Positions 30,354 through 39,699 of a stretch of 64,000 nt of DNA are shown in pieces; positions within the stretch are counted from its first letter, which is position 1, and every line of letters starts with the position of its first letter. The notes under the pieces were generated by a model. That model searched no databases and was not told the origin of the DNA. It saw only the letters and a list, made by a program, of their open reading frames with translations. Source of the DNA: a candidate division WOR-3 bacterium (GTDB lineage Bacteria > Hydrothermota > Tepidihabitantia > Tepidihabitantales > Tepidihabitantaceae); assembly GCA_039801245.1 (NCBI GenBank), contig JBDRUF010000001.1, positions 170 through 64,169 of the forward strand. The letters run 5' to 3'. The position numbers and the translations under genes were made by a program.

Positions 30354-31114
30354 TGCAGAGGCGCCTACTTATTGCCGGTAACTGGAAGATGAACAAGGGT
30401 GTGAATGAGGCAAGGTTGTTTGTTCAGGAGTTGGTGAAGAGGGTGGGCGATTCTTTGAATTGCGAGGTGGCGGTTTTTCCCCCTTTTACCTCAATTCCGG
30501 CGGTGGCTGATGTTTTGCGGGAAAGTCATATTACCTATGGTGCGCAGAATATGCACTGGGAGGAGAAGGGTGCTTTTACCGGTGAGGTTTCTCCGGTTTT
30601 TTTGAAGGAGCTTGGGTGCACCTACTGTATTATCGGTCATTCGGAAAGGCGCCACTTTTTCGGTGAGGGTGATGAGGCGTGTAACCTCAAGGTGCGGGCA
30701 GCCATTGCTTATGGTCTGAGACCGATTCTCTGCTGCGGTGAGACCCTGCAGGAGCGGCAGGGTGGTGAGACTATCAGCGTCATCAGGCGCCAACTGGAAA
30801 AAGGCTTAAAGGGGATTGCCCAGCCAGAATTTGAAATTGCCTATGAGCCGGTATGGGCGATTGGCACAGGTCAGAATGCCACTCCAGAGCAGGCACAGGA
30901 GGTTCATTCCTATATAAGGCGTTGGCTTGAAGATAACCTGCCCCTTGGGGCAAAGGATGTGCGAATTATCTATGGAGGGAGTGTAAAACCTGAAAATGTT
31001 AGGGATCTCCTGCAGGAACCTGAAATTGACGGTGTTTTGGTGGGGGGCGCCAGTCTCGACCTGGATGATTTTGTGGCGATTGTCAATGCTTGCACTGGTC
31101 AAAAAGGGAAATGA
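30350..31114 (+). CDS. tpiA: Triosephosphate isomerase
   Basis: IAGNWKMN, AYEPVWAIGTG and IIYGGSV motifs. Confidence 0.95.
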   Translation: MMQRRLLIAGNWKMNKGVNEARLFVQELVKRVGDSLNCEVAVFPPFTSIPAVADVLRESHITYGAQNMHWEEKGAFTGEVSPVFLKELGCTYCIIGHSERRHFFGEGDEACNLKVRAAIAYGLRPILCCGETLQERQGGETISVIRRQLEKGLKGIAQPEFEIAYEPVWAIGTGQNATPEQAQEVHSYIRRWLEDNLPLGAKDVRIIYGGSVKPENVRDLLQEPEIDGVLVGGASLDLDDFVAIVNACTGQKGK

Positions 31115-31172
31115 CAACTCTTGACTTCTGTTTTGAAGGAGTTAAAATTTAATTTGTAAAGGAGAAGATGAT

Positions 31173-31511
31173 ATGTATGCGGTACTGATATTTCTGCATC
31201 TGTTAGTGGCAATCCTTTTGGTGCTGGTTGTGTTAATACAGCAACCCCAAAAGGGTGGCTTAGGTACAATATTCGGCGGTGGTGAATCGATTTTTGGCGG
31301 CGGCGGCGCGGCCCCATTTATGGCGAAGATTACAAGCGCGCTGGCGGTGGCTTTTATGCTCACCTCGCTTGGTTTGGTTTTGCTTTCTGCCCGTCGCATT
31401 CAGCCAAGGAGCAGCACATCGCTTTTAAGAACAAGGTCGGTAAATGTTGTTGAGATGGAGCGGGAAGATGTACGCAGTTGTGAAAATTGGTGGTTTTCAA
31501 TACCTGGTTAA
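31173..31511 (+). CDS. secG: Preprotein translocase subunit SecG (C-terminal extent uncertain; overlaps rplU by 44 nt)
   Basis: Two TM helices with a Gly-rich loop LGTIFGGGESIFGGGGAAPF. Canonical position after tpiA. Own TTGACT-16-TAAAAT promoter at 31118-31145. Confidence 0.7.
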   Translation: MYAVLIFLHLLVAILLVLVVLIQQPQKGGLGTIFGGGESIFGGGGAAPFMAKITSALAVAFMLTSLGLVLLSARRIQPRSSTSLLRTRSVNVVEMEREDVRSCENWWFSIPG

Positions 31512-31785
31512 GCCTGGCGAGGTGGTGACCGTTCCGAAACTCCCAGGGGATGTGGGGAGTACGGTCAGGTTTGAGGATGTCCTTCTAGTCCGGACCGATG
31601 ACAGAGCAATTATCGGTAATCCGGTTGTTGCCAACTCTTATGTGGAGGCGAGTATAGTTGACCATATCCGCAAGGAAAAGGTGACGGTTTATAAGTTCAT
31701 CCGCAGGGAAAACTACCGCCGGAAAAAGGGGCACCGGCAGCCCATGACCAGAATCAAAATAACGAAAATCAATTATGAAGGATAA
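31468..31785 (+). CDS. rplU: 50S ribosomal protein L21
   Basis: MYAVVKIGGFQYLVKPGE. The ORF-table start at 31444 is 8 codons too long. Confidence 0.9.
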   Translation: MYAVVKIGGFQYLVKPGEVVTVPKLPGDVGSTVRFEDVLLVRTDDRAIIGNPVVANSYVEASIVDHIRKEKVTVYKFIRRENYRRKKGHRQPMTRIKITKINYEG

Positions 31786-31868
31786 GGGTTTAATAGCCGG
31801 TGTCCGAGTAAATCAAAATGGCAAGATAAAAAGGCTGTTTACCAATCATTGAAGGGAGGAAAAAGGTT

Positions 31869-32246
31869 ATGAAGCAGACCAAACAGACTCAGGGAAAGAG
31901 TGCGGGTTTGACCGCAATCCAGAAAATCGAGAAGCTGGGTAAGAAGGTTGCGAGTATGACCCAGGCGGAATTGGCGCGAGCGGTTGGTGTTTCCCGCGAG
32001 CGGATTCGTCAGTTGGTTCCAAGGATGAAAATCAAGCCGGGACAGCGGATAGTTGCCTGGCATCGAACGGTTTCGCGGGCAGAGCGGCTGGTAATGTTGA
32101 AGATGCAGGAGGATGGGGTTCCGCTCAGCGACATTGCCAAGAAGTACGGTGTGAGCGAATACCATGTTCGTGAGGCAATCCGGCTCACGAGAGAGGAACT
32201 GAATATTAAGAGGGGACGGGGCAGGCCACGGAAGAAGGTGCAATAA
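31869..32246 (+). CDS. Small DNA-binding protein with two HTH-like segments and a C-terminal AT-hook-like RGRGRPRKK
   Basis: MTQAELARAVGVSRERIRQL (sigma region-4-like HTH) and PLSDIAKKYGVSEYHVREAI. 125 aa. Occupies the position where rpmA usually follows rplU. Confidence 0.45.
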   Translation: MKQTKQTQGKSAGLTAIQKIEKLGKKVASMTQAELARAVGVSRERIRQLVPRMKIKPGQRIVAWHRTVSRAERLVMLKMQEDGVPLSDIAKKYGVSEYHVREAIRLTREELNIKRGRGRPRKKVQ

Positions 32247-32252
32247 AAACAC

Positions 32253-32326
32253 TGGGCGATACACGATTTGAACGTGTGACCTCTGGTATGTGAGACCAGC
32301 GCTCTAACCAACTGAGCTAATCGCCC
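32253..32326 (-). tRNA. tRNA-Val (anticodon CAC)
   Basis: The minus strand reads GGGCGAT-TA-GCTC-AGTTGGTTA-GAGC-G-CTGGT-CTCACAT-ACCAG-AGGTC-ACACG-TTCAAAT-CGTGT-ATCGCCC-A. 7-bp acceptor stem, canonical D, anticodon and T arms, U33/A37. CCA is not encoded. Confidence 0.85.
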
Positions 32327-32337
32327 TTTACGGAATT

Positions 32338-32365
32338 AATATATAGATTCTGGTTTTCAAGTCAA
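32338..32365 (-). promoter_or_regulatory. Promoter for tRNA-Val (TTGACT-16-TATATT on the minus strand)
   Basis: The -10 ends about 11 nt upstream of the tRNA 5' end. Confidence 0.5.
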
Positions 32366-34323
32366 GCACCGGTGATGAATTGAACACCAGTAGGAGGAAG
32401 TGGTAGTTTCTCTAAAAGGGCTTTAGCGGTGGCTGTGCCGTTCTTGTCGTTAAGACGCTGGTAAAGCCTTAAAGCCTGTTCGAGATTCATCCGGGCCTCC
32501 TCAACAAGGTTACACGCCAACAGATGTGAGCCTAATTTCAGAAGGCATTTCGCCTCGCCCCACTGGTTATTGATACTGCGAAATAGATTCAGCGCTTGGC
32601 TAAAATTTTCCCTGGCAAGTGCTTTTTCTCCTAATGATTGATATACCTCTCCCAGTGCGGAATGGAGCCGCGCGGTTAAGCCAAAGTCAGCAATCTTTTG
32701 AGCGACATTTAAACCCTCTTCCAGTGGGGCTTTTGCCTCTTTTGGTTTTCCTTGTGATAAGTGGAGTAAGCCGATATTGAGCAAGTCGTAGGCAGTCTCA
32801 CGGTTCATTTCCATTTCCCTGTGTTGTCTTAATGCCCGATGGAGCATTGCCAGTGCCTGATCCCATTCCTTATCCAATGCCAGGATTAATCCCTGTTCGG
32901 TGTCGGCATCAGCATTTATTCTTTTGTCAATAAGATTGCGGCTGGTCTTTCGCAACTGGTCGAGGGTACGCCGGGCGTTATCGGTGTCGCCACCGTTACG
33001 ATAAGCCCGTGATAGTTCCAAGAGCGCCTTTGACTGGTGGTAGCGGTCTTTGTTTTTGCGAGCGGATTCCAATCCTTCCTTTATTGTGGCAATGGCTTTA
33101 TCATTGTTGCCCTGAATGAGGTGGAGTCGTCCCAGATTTATCAGGGAGGAGGTGAGTTCGGTTAGGTTCCCAGATTGCTTGCTGAGGTTCAGCGCCTCGG
33201 TTAAGAGGGCTTCAGCATCGAAAAGGGAGTGATGAAGAATGTGGTTGACCGCCAGACCAATGAGGTTGCGGGCTATGAGTTTGGTGTCGTTGACGCGCCG
33301 GGCGAGGGCGAGCCCTTGGGCAAAAAACTCCCGGGCAATGTCAATGGCGTTGCTGCGTTCATGGGCAATCGCCAGTTCGTGTAGTACCTGTGCCTGACCC
33401 CGCAGGAAGTTGATATCACGGTAGATATGCAATGCCCTCTCAAAAACATCTATCGCCCTTTTATAATCATTCTGGGTGCGATGAATTGTGCCGATGGCAG
33501 TGAGGTTCTGAGCCTCGCTGAGCCGGTTACGGGTCTCACGGGCAAGGTGGAGTCCATCCTCATAAGCGGCGCGGGCTTTATCAATTTCACCCTGAGAGAA
33601 AAGGATATCGCCGATAGCGGTATAAAGGGTAGCGGCAGTATGGTAATTGCCAGTTTCTTCAAGGAGTCTGATGGCAATTCGATACTGGTCGATTGCTCTA
33701 TTAAACTGCCCTTCCTTTTCAAGGACCTCTGCCAGTCTGACGAGCGCTTTTACTTGGAAATCCCGATTTTTGATTTTTTGTGTTAATTGAACAGTCTGGC
33801 ATAAGAGAAGTTTTGACCTTTTGAGCTCGCCGTTATCCTTTGCGATGCCGGCAAGGAGATAAGATGCAGCCGCAAGGCCGGTTTTGTTTTTTGTTTTTTT
33901 GGCAAGGGCAATTGCCCGGGTCAATTCCGCTTGTGCCTCATTTTGGCGTCGAGTGATAATGAAACAGCCGGCACAGAGGATATGGAGGGCAAGCAGTTCA
34001 TCCCGTTTTGCCTTTGATTTTGCCTCCTGCCAGCGGTTTAACGCCTTGTCCCAGGCGTTGTGCTCGGCAAACCTCAGCCCTGATTCAAACAAATTTGCCA
34101 GCGTGCGGTCCTGGGTGGTGGGTAACCGGTTTAGGTAAACAATGCCCACCCGGCGCTGAAACTGATTCAGACGGGCATAATGTTTGGCAAAGGCAAGGGG
34201 TTCTAACCGCGCAAGTTCAGCCTCAATGTGGAGCAGCCGCTTATCACCCTCCCTTTTCTCAAAAATGAGAAGAATGAGGGCGCTCAAAGAGGCGGAGAAT
34301 AAAACTAAAATCAGATAAATCAC
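32362..34323 (-). CDS. Membrane-anchored tetratricopeptide-repeat (TPR) protein
   Basis: N-terminal TM helix MIYLILVLFSASLSALILLIF, followed by more than 12 TPR-like repeats. Confidence 0.6.
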   Translation of the reverse strand: MIYLILVLFSASLSALILLIFEKREGDKRLLHIEAELARLEPLAFAKHYARLNQFQRRVGIVYLNRLPTTQDRTLANLFESGLRFAEHNAWDKALNRWQEAKSKAKRDELLALHILCAGCFIITRRQNEAQAELTRAIALAKKTKNKTGLAAASYLLAGIAKDNGELKRSKLLLCQTVQLTQKIKNRDFQVKALVRLAEVLEKEGQFNRAIDQYRIAIRLLEETGNYHTAATLYTAIGDILFSQGEIDKARAAYEDGLHLARETRNRLSEAQNLTAIGTIHRTQNDYKRAIDVFERALHIYRDINFLRGQAQVLHELAIAHERSNAIDIAREFFAQGLALARRVNDTKLIARNLIGLAVNHILHHSLFDAEALLTEALNLSKQSGNLTELTSSLINLGRLHLIQGNNDKAIATIKEGLESARKNKDRYHQSKALLELSRAYRNGGDTDNARRTLDQLRKTSRNLIDKRINADADTEQGLILALDKEWDQALAMLHRALRQHREMEMNRETAYDLLNIGLLHLSQGKPKEAKAPLEEGLNVAQKIADFGLTARLHSALGEVYQSLGEKALARENFSQALNLFRSINNQWGEAKCLLKLGSHLLACNLVEEARMNLEQALRLYQRLNDKNGTATAKALLEKLPLPPTGVQFITGA

Positions 34324-34419
34324 CCTTTATAATAATGGCAAAAAGGGATTGGGCAAATTTTTCATCAGGAGGTTTTGGGATTTTCTTGACTGTTAGCGTT
34401 AAAGGTTTACGATTGCCCG

Positions 34420-35187
34420 ATGTTGCCAGTGCTTTTAAGGGTCGGCAGTCTGCAGCTCTATTCCTATGGGGTGATGCTTTTTATCTCCTTCGCCTTAGGG
34501 ATATGGATTGTGGAAACCCGGGCAAGGCGATTGGGAATAGAATCGAAGAAGATTACCGACCTGGCGTTGTGGGTGCTCTTGGCAGTGGTGTTAGGTTCCA
34601 GGCTTTTTTATGTGGCGTTTCACTGGGGTGATTTCAAAAACGACCTGGTTGGTATTATCAGGTTCTGGGGAAATCCGCCCGGTCTTTCCGGCTTGATGTT
34701 TTATGGCGGGTTTATCGGTGCATTCATTGCCGGGCTCGTCTTTGTCTGGGTTAATAGGCTGCCGTTGGTCAAACTGCTTGATGCGGTCGCACCAGCACTG
34801 GTTTTGGGTGAAGGGTTTACCAGAATTGGCTGTTTTCTTAACGGCTGCTGTTTTGGCAAACCTGCAAATTCTTTCCTTGGCGTTGTCTTTCCGCCTGGTT
34901 CTGCTGCCGGTGCCCAGTTTCCCAATCAGCCGCTTCATCCCACCCAGCTCTATTCATCCCTTGCCGGTTTTCTCCTTTTTGGTCTGGCGCTGATTCTTGA
35001 AAGGAAAAGGCTGAAGCCCGGTGTTCTTTTTGCCATCATTCTCATCCTTTACTCCCTTTTCCGGTTCGGGATTGATTTTGTCCGCTTCTACGAAAATGCG
35101 GCAAACTTCTGGGGAAACCAGGTGGTTGCACTTTTCCTCACGCTCGTAGGGATTGTTATTTTGTTTATCTTCCTGCGCAGAAAATGA
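34420..35187 (+). CDS. lgt: Prolipoprotein diacylglyceryl transferase
   Basis: Lgt signature GFTRIGCFLNGCCFGKP and conserved YGLM-like N-terminus. Confidence 0.9.
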   Translation: MLPVLLRVGSLQLYSYGVMLFISFALGIWIVETRARRLGIESKKITDLALWVLLAVVLGSRLFYVAFHWGDFKNDLVGIIRFWGNPPGLSGLMFYGGFIGAFIAGLVFVWVNRLPLVKLLDAVAPALVLGEGFTRIGCFLNGCCFGKPANSFLGVVFPPGSAAGAQFPNQPLHPTQLYSSLAGFLLFGLALILERKRLKPGVLFAIILILYSLFRFGIDFVRFYENAANFWGNQVVALFLTLVGIVILFIFLRRK

Positions 35188-35933
35188 GTTCAAGCGGCTC
35201 AATTTTGAGCCGGGTCGGTTTTCTCTTTCGCTCCCTTGCCGATTTTCTTTTTCCGCCAGTCTGTTTTGGGTGCGATGAGGAGATAGAAGAGGGGCTCATC
35301 TGCGACTCCTGCCGGCTTTTACTCTTTACCAGTGAACTTGATGTGTGCTGTCGTTGCGGTCGCCCCTGTCTGCCCGATGCGGGTGTTTGCGGCAGGTGCA
35401 AGTTGCCATTGAGTTTGAGCAGGGTCAGGGCGGTGGGTGTTTATCAGCCGCCTTTTCAGGGTCTGATTCAGGCATTAAAGTATTTGGAAAAGACCGCGCT
35501 TGTGCCAGTTCTTGGCGGTGCGCTCGCGCTCCTTTTTGAGCAGGACAGTCAGTTGAAAAGGGCGGATGGAATCTGCTCAGTGCCTTTGCATCCGGCAAGG
35601 TTAAGGGAGCGTGGGTTTAATCAGGCATATCTTCTGGCAAAGGAGGTTTCAAATATCACCGGGCTTCCACTTCTTGACCCTTTGATAAGAAAAAGGAATA
35701 CCGAGAGTCAGACAAAGATGAAAGATGATGCTGAAAGAATGGAGAATGTCCAGGATGCGTTTATGGTAAAACCAGGGGTGAAATTCCAAGGTGAGAGGTT
35801 GATTTTAGTTGATGATGTGATGACCACCGGGGCAACAATTTCAGCCGCAGCAAATGAGCTGTTAAAAGCGGGTGCGGCAGATGTTATGGGACTGGTCCTG
35901 GCTGCGGCGATTTGCCCGAAAGATAGGGGTTGA
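35184..35933 (+). CDS. ComF-family protein (ComFC-like phosphoribosyltransferase with N-terminal Cys4 zinc ribbon)
   Basis: CFGC...CDSC and CCRCGRPC...CGRC Cys clusters. PRTase motif ILVDDVMTTGATI. Confidence 0.7.
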   Translation: MSSSGSILSRVGFLFRSLADFLFPPVCFGCDEEIEEGLICDSCRLLLFTSELDVCCRCGRPCLPDAGVCGRCKLPLSLSRVRAVGVYQPPFQGLIQALKYLEKTALVPVLGGALALLFEQDSQLKRADGICSVPLHPARLRERGFNQAYLLAKEVSNITGLPLLDPLIRKRNTESQTKMKDDAERMENVQDAFMVKPGVKFQGERLILVDDVMTTGATISAAANELLKAGAADVMGLVLAAAICPKDRG

Positions 35934-37176
35934 GGCTGTCCCGCAAAGCCTTAAAAAGCGGGAGATGGGCAAGTTTAATCGCACCGGCGCGGGGAGGGTT
36001 GAGACGCAAAGGGTTGACCGGTGAGCCGTATTTGCGCACCTCGTAGTGAAGATGGGGTCCGGTGGAGAGTCCGGTTGAACCAACATAGCCGATTATCTGA
36101 CCCTGAGTTACCGGCATCCCTGCCTTTATTCCTCTGGCAAAGCCGCTTAAATGTCCGTAACGGGTTTCATAACCGTCACGATGACCAATACTGATTAGCC
36201 GTCCATAACCACCAGACCAGCCCGCAGAGATGACCCTGCCATCAGCAACACAGGAGACTGGTGTCCCTTTTGGTGCGGCATAGTCAATCCCCTGATGCCT
36301 TGCCGGGATGCGCCGAATCGGATGGAAGCGTCTGCCAAAGAATGATGAGATGCGGGAGAAGCGCAAAGGCGACTTGAGGAATGTCTTGCGCATTGAAAGA
36401 CCTTCAGGGTTGTAATAGTCGGTTATGCCTTCTGGGTCGGTGAACCTGAACGCCGAGAAGTCGCCGACAAGACCCTTGTAACGGGCAGCGATTATGGGCG
36501 CATAGCCCAGAAATACCGAGTCGGCATACCTCTTTTCGACGAGAATCATAAAGGAGTCGCCCTCCTGGGTTTCAGAAAAGAAGTCAATCTCCCAGTCAAA
36601 GATTTCGGTATAAGAGGCGATCAGCCCGGGCTTTTCACCTAAGTCAATCAGCGCTTGGTAAAGTGAGGTTTTAATTTCACCTTTAATGAGCGCGGGCAGA
36701 AGTTGAACTTCCCTGGTGATGAGCGCCACGCGATAGGGGAAGGATTCTATCGCGACTGAATAGATGGTGTCATAACTGCGCCAGTAATGGAGTTGGAACA
36801 GGGTGTCGTTGCGATAAAGAAGGATAAGGCTGTCACCAGGGCGCATCAGGCGGAAGTTGAAGCCAAAGTCACGCAGGGCGATGATGGTGCTGTCGGCAAC
36901 CTTTGCCGGAACACCGGCGCGGTTCAAAACAAAGGGCAGGATTTCACCTGCCTGGACTGCAAAGGATTTGCTGGTGATTTCTAATGGAGGTGTTTCTTTT
37001 AAAATGGGTGCCATTTTTTTAGGACGATTGAAGATGACAAAGTAGATAAGGGCAAAAAGGGCTATTGGTAAAATGACAAATATCAGCCTTTTCTTTGCTT
37101 TGGGCTTTTTCTTGGGTGCGGGCACAAGCAGGGGTCTGGTTTGAAGCATAATGGGTATCTTACTGATAAATGGCAA
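35884..37176 (-). CDS. M23 family metallopeptidase (LytM domain) with N-terminal TM anchor
   Basis: HQGIDYAAPKGTPV...GYGRLISIGH...GSTGLSTGPHLHYEV. Confidence 0.8.
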   Translation of the reverse strand: MPFISKIPIMLQTRPLLVPAPKKKPKAKKRLIFVILPIALFALIYFVIFNRPKKMAPILKETPPLEITSKSFAVQAGEILPFVLNRAGVPAKVADSTIIALRDFGFNFRLMRPGDSLILLYRNDTLFQLHYWRSYDTIYSVAIESFPYRVALITREVQLLPALIKGEIKTSLYQALIDLGEKPGLIASYTEIFDWEIDFFSETQEGDSFMILVEKRYADSVFLGYAPIIAARYKGLVGDFSAFRFTDPEGITDYYNPEGLSMRKTFLKSPLRFSRISSFFGRRFHPIRRIPARHQGIDYAAPKGTPVSCVADGRVISAGWSGGYGRLISIGHRDGYETRYGHLSGFARGIKAGMPVTQGQIIGYVGSTGLSTGPHLHYEVRKYGSPVNPLRLNPPRAGAIKLAHLPLFKALRDSLNPYLSGKSPQPGPVP

Positions 37177-37386
37177 TCTGGCAATAAATTTATCAGGGTG
37201 TTTTGGATTTAATGCCGGTTTTCAGCCGCCTTTTTGGGCAGAAAACAAATTTACCCAGGGGATCACCCCCGGGGTAAAAGGTGGATTTTAGATAAGGCAC
37301 GAAGATGCGAGATTTAGAAAAATATCTCCTCTGATAAATTGTTTAAATATATTTAAACTTATGGATTTATTTCTTGATTTCAGGGA

Positions 37387-38355
37387 TTGGGCGCTTATAT
37401 TATAGCGATGAGACGGCTGATTTTTTGCGTGGCGATGCTTTTTTTCATTTCCTGCAAACCGCGGCTGATTGAGGTGGAGAAGAGCGGGATGGTTTTTGGC
37501 AGTTATGTGCGAATCAAGGTGATAGGGGAGAGTAAGGAGGGGTTGGATAAAGCGGTTGATAAGGCGCTGCAGGAGATGGGGAGGCTGGATTCCTTATGGT
37601 CGCTCTTTTCTGATAAGAGCGAGGTCGTGAGGCTGAATAGGAATAAGAAGGGTTTTGTTTCAGAAGAGACCAGGGATTTGCTTAAAAGGGCGCATGATTT
37701 TGGAGAGAGGACCGGCGGGGTTTTTGATATTACGGTTGAGCCGCTTTTGAGGGTTTGGGGTTTTTATGATGGTAATTATCAGGTTCCGGAAAGCGCGGTT
37801 ATTGCCGGATTGCTGGAAAGGGTTGATTGCAGGGGGGTAGTGGTTAAGGGGGAATCGGTTGTTTTGGGTAATAATGTCAATATTGACCTTGGAGGGATTG
37901 CGGTTGGTTATGCGGTTGACAGGGTTGTGGAACTTTTGCAGGCGTCAGGGGTAAAGCAGGGGTTGATTGATGCTGGTGGTGATATCAGGGTTTTTGGTAA
38001 TAGAGATTGGCGAGTCGGGGTTCAGCACCCAAGGAAGCAAGGTGTGGTAAAAGTTTTGCAGTTAAGGGAGAGGGCGGTTTCAACATCCGGTGATTATGAG
38101 CAGTTCTTTGAAAGGGAGGGTAAAAGGTTCTGCCATATCATTGACCCAAGAACCGGCTATCCGGCACAAAGTTGTGCGGCGGTTACGGTGATAGCACCAA
38201 ATGCGCTCGAGGCTGATGTTTATGCCACGACCCTTTTTGTCTTAGGTGTGGATGAGGGGAGGGAAATGTTAAAAAGTCTGCCGGGTGTGGAGGCGTATTT
38301 CTTTGAGGCGAGGGGTGATTCAGTTATTATAATAAGGACAGGTGGAGATGAATAA
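37387..38355 (+). CDS. apbE: FAD:protein FMN transferase ApbE (lipoprotein)
   Basis: Lipobox FISC. ApbE motifs FDITVEPLL and DLGGIAVGYAVD. Confidence 0.8.
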   Translation: MGAYIIAMRRLIFCVAMLFFISCKPRLIEVEKSGMVFGSYVRIKVIGESKEGLDKAVDKALQEMGRLDSLWSLFSDKSEVVRLNRNKKGFVSEETRDLLKRAHDFGERTGGVFDITVEPLLRVWGFYDGNYQVPESAVIAGLLERVDCRGVVVKGESVVLGNNVNIDLGGIAVGYAVDRVVELLQASGVKQGLIDAGGDIRVFGNRDWRVGVQHPRKQGVVKVLQLRERAVSTSGDYEQFFEREGKRFCHIIDPRTGYPAQSCAAVTVIAPNALEADVYATTLFVLGVDEGREMLKSLPGVEAYFFEARGDSVIIIRTGGDE

Positions 38356-39334
38356 AAGGGCGCTGTGGACAGAGAAAGAGAATGGCAGGGTGAGATGCCT
38401 TTTGTGTCCTAACAGGTGTCTGGTTGCACCGGGAAAAACCGGCAGGTGTCTGGGCAGGAAGAACATTGATGGTGAACTTTTTGCGGTCAATTATGGCGAG
38501 GTGGTTTCAATGGCGGTTGACCCGATTGAGAAAAAGCCGCTTTACCACTTTTATCCGGGGGAGGAGATTTTTTCTGTTGCCACCTACGGTTGTAACCTTC
38601 TGTGTCCATTCTGCCAGAACTGGGAGATTTCCCAGAACCGGGCACCGAGCAAATACATAGCGCCTGAGGAACTGGTAAGGATTGTCAAGGATTATGGGCT
38701 TAAACTCATCGCCTATACCTATAGCGAACCCTTGGTCTGGTATGAGTATCTTCTGGATGCGGGCAGGCTGATGCATAATGCCGGGATTAAAAATGTGCTG
38801 GTGACAAACGGGATGATTAATCCTGAGCCGTTAAACGAACTTCTGCCATTGATCGATGCGATGAACATTGACCTGAAGTCAATCAGGGAGGGGTTTTACC
38901 GTGATTATGTGAAGGGGGATTTGGGTGCGGTTCTTGAAACGATAAAGACAGCAAAAGGACGATGCCATATTGAGTTGACCACACTTTTGATTCCGGGAAG
39001 GAACGATTCTGATGAGGAGTTAGAGGAGCTGACCGATTTTGTCTCTCAACTGGGCAAAGATACGGTTTTGCACTTCTCGAGGTTTTTCCCAAGGCATAAG
39101 GCAGAGGAGCCGATGACACCTTTGGCAACACTTGAGCGGGCTGCTGAGATTGCCAAAAGGAAACTTTATTATGTTTATCTGGGAAATGTCCAGGCACCTC
39201 CGAAATATCGGGATACATTCTGCCCTGAATGCGGAACGGTTCTGGTTGAGCGCAGCGGTTATCAGGGAAGGGTGGTGAATGTTAAAGAAGGGAGATGTGG
39301 TGTTTGCGGCAGAAGGGCTGACCTTGTAATATGA
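38342..39334 (+). CDS. Radical SAM enzyme, PFL-activating-enzyme-like (AmmeMemoRadiSam AmrS-like)
   Basis: N-terminal CLLCPNRC...GRC cluster. CNLLCPFCQNW (Cx3Cx2C). C-terminal CPECG...CGVCG. No AMMECR1 or MEMO1 genes nearby. Confidence 0.65.
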   Translation: MEMNKRALWTEKENGRVRCLLCPNRCLVAPGKTGRCLGRKNIDGELFAVNYGEVVSMAVDPIEKKPLYHFYPGEEIFSVATYGCNLLCPFCQNWEISQNRAPSKYIAPEELVRIVKDYGLKLIAYTYSEPLVWYEYLLDAGRLMHNAGIKNVLVTNGMINPEPLNELLPLIDAMNIDLKSIREGFYRDYVKGDLGAVLETIKTAKGRCHIELTTLLIPGRNDSDEELEELTDFVSQLGKDTVLHFSRFFPRHKAEEPMTPLATLERAAEIAKRKLYYVYLGNVQAPPKYRDTFCPECGTVLVERSGYQGRVVNVKEGRCGVCGRRADLVI

Positions 39335-39699
39335 GGTCGGGTTTGATAAAAACCGGTGACTGGCTTTTGATAATATTTTTTTTGTTTCTCAGCGGTTTTT
39401 GGCTCTGGTCCACTTGGAGAAAAAAGGAGAGCCCCGAGGAGTGTGTTGTGCAGTGGCAGGAAGGGACATTGACATTTACCCTGCCCAAGGATACTGTTTT
39501 AATTCTTACCGGTCCGATAGGAAAGACGGTAGTGGAGATAAAGGGGCGGGGTGCAAGGATAAGGGATTCAGACTGCCCGCATAAGGTGTGCGTTAAGATG
39601 GGCAGGGCTGAGATGGGCGGACAGATGGTTGTGTGCGCGCCCAACAGGGTGGTGGTAATGCTCAAGGGCAGAGGCGGAGTTGATGCCATCACGAGATAA
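39331..39699 (+). CDS. NusG domain II-like small membrane-anchored protein
   Basis: N-terminal TM. CPHKVC...VVCAPN. This family typically partners with Gx transporter proteins; the assignment is from memory and is low-confidence. Confidence 0.45.
   Translation: MRSGLIKTGDWLLIIFFLFLSGFWLWSTWRKKESPEECVVQWQEGTLTFTLPKDTVLILTGPIGKTVVEIKGRGARIRDSDCPHKVCVKMGRAEMGGQMVVCAPNRVVVMLKGRGGVDAITR

Noticed and set aside
34335-34631. 98-aa ORF overlapping the lgt start in another frame
   Set aside because: Lgt is unambiguous and its N-terminus aligns from 34420. The overlapping ORF has no features.
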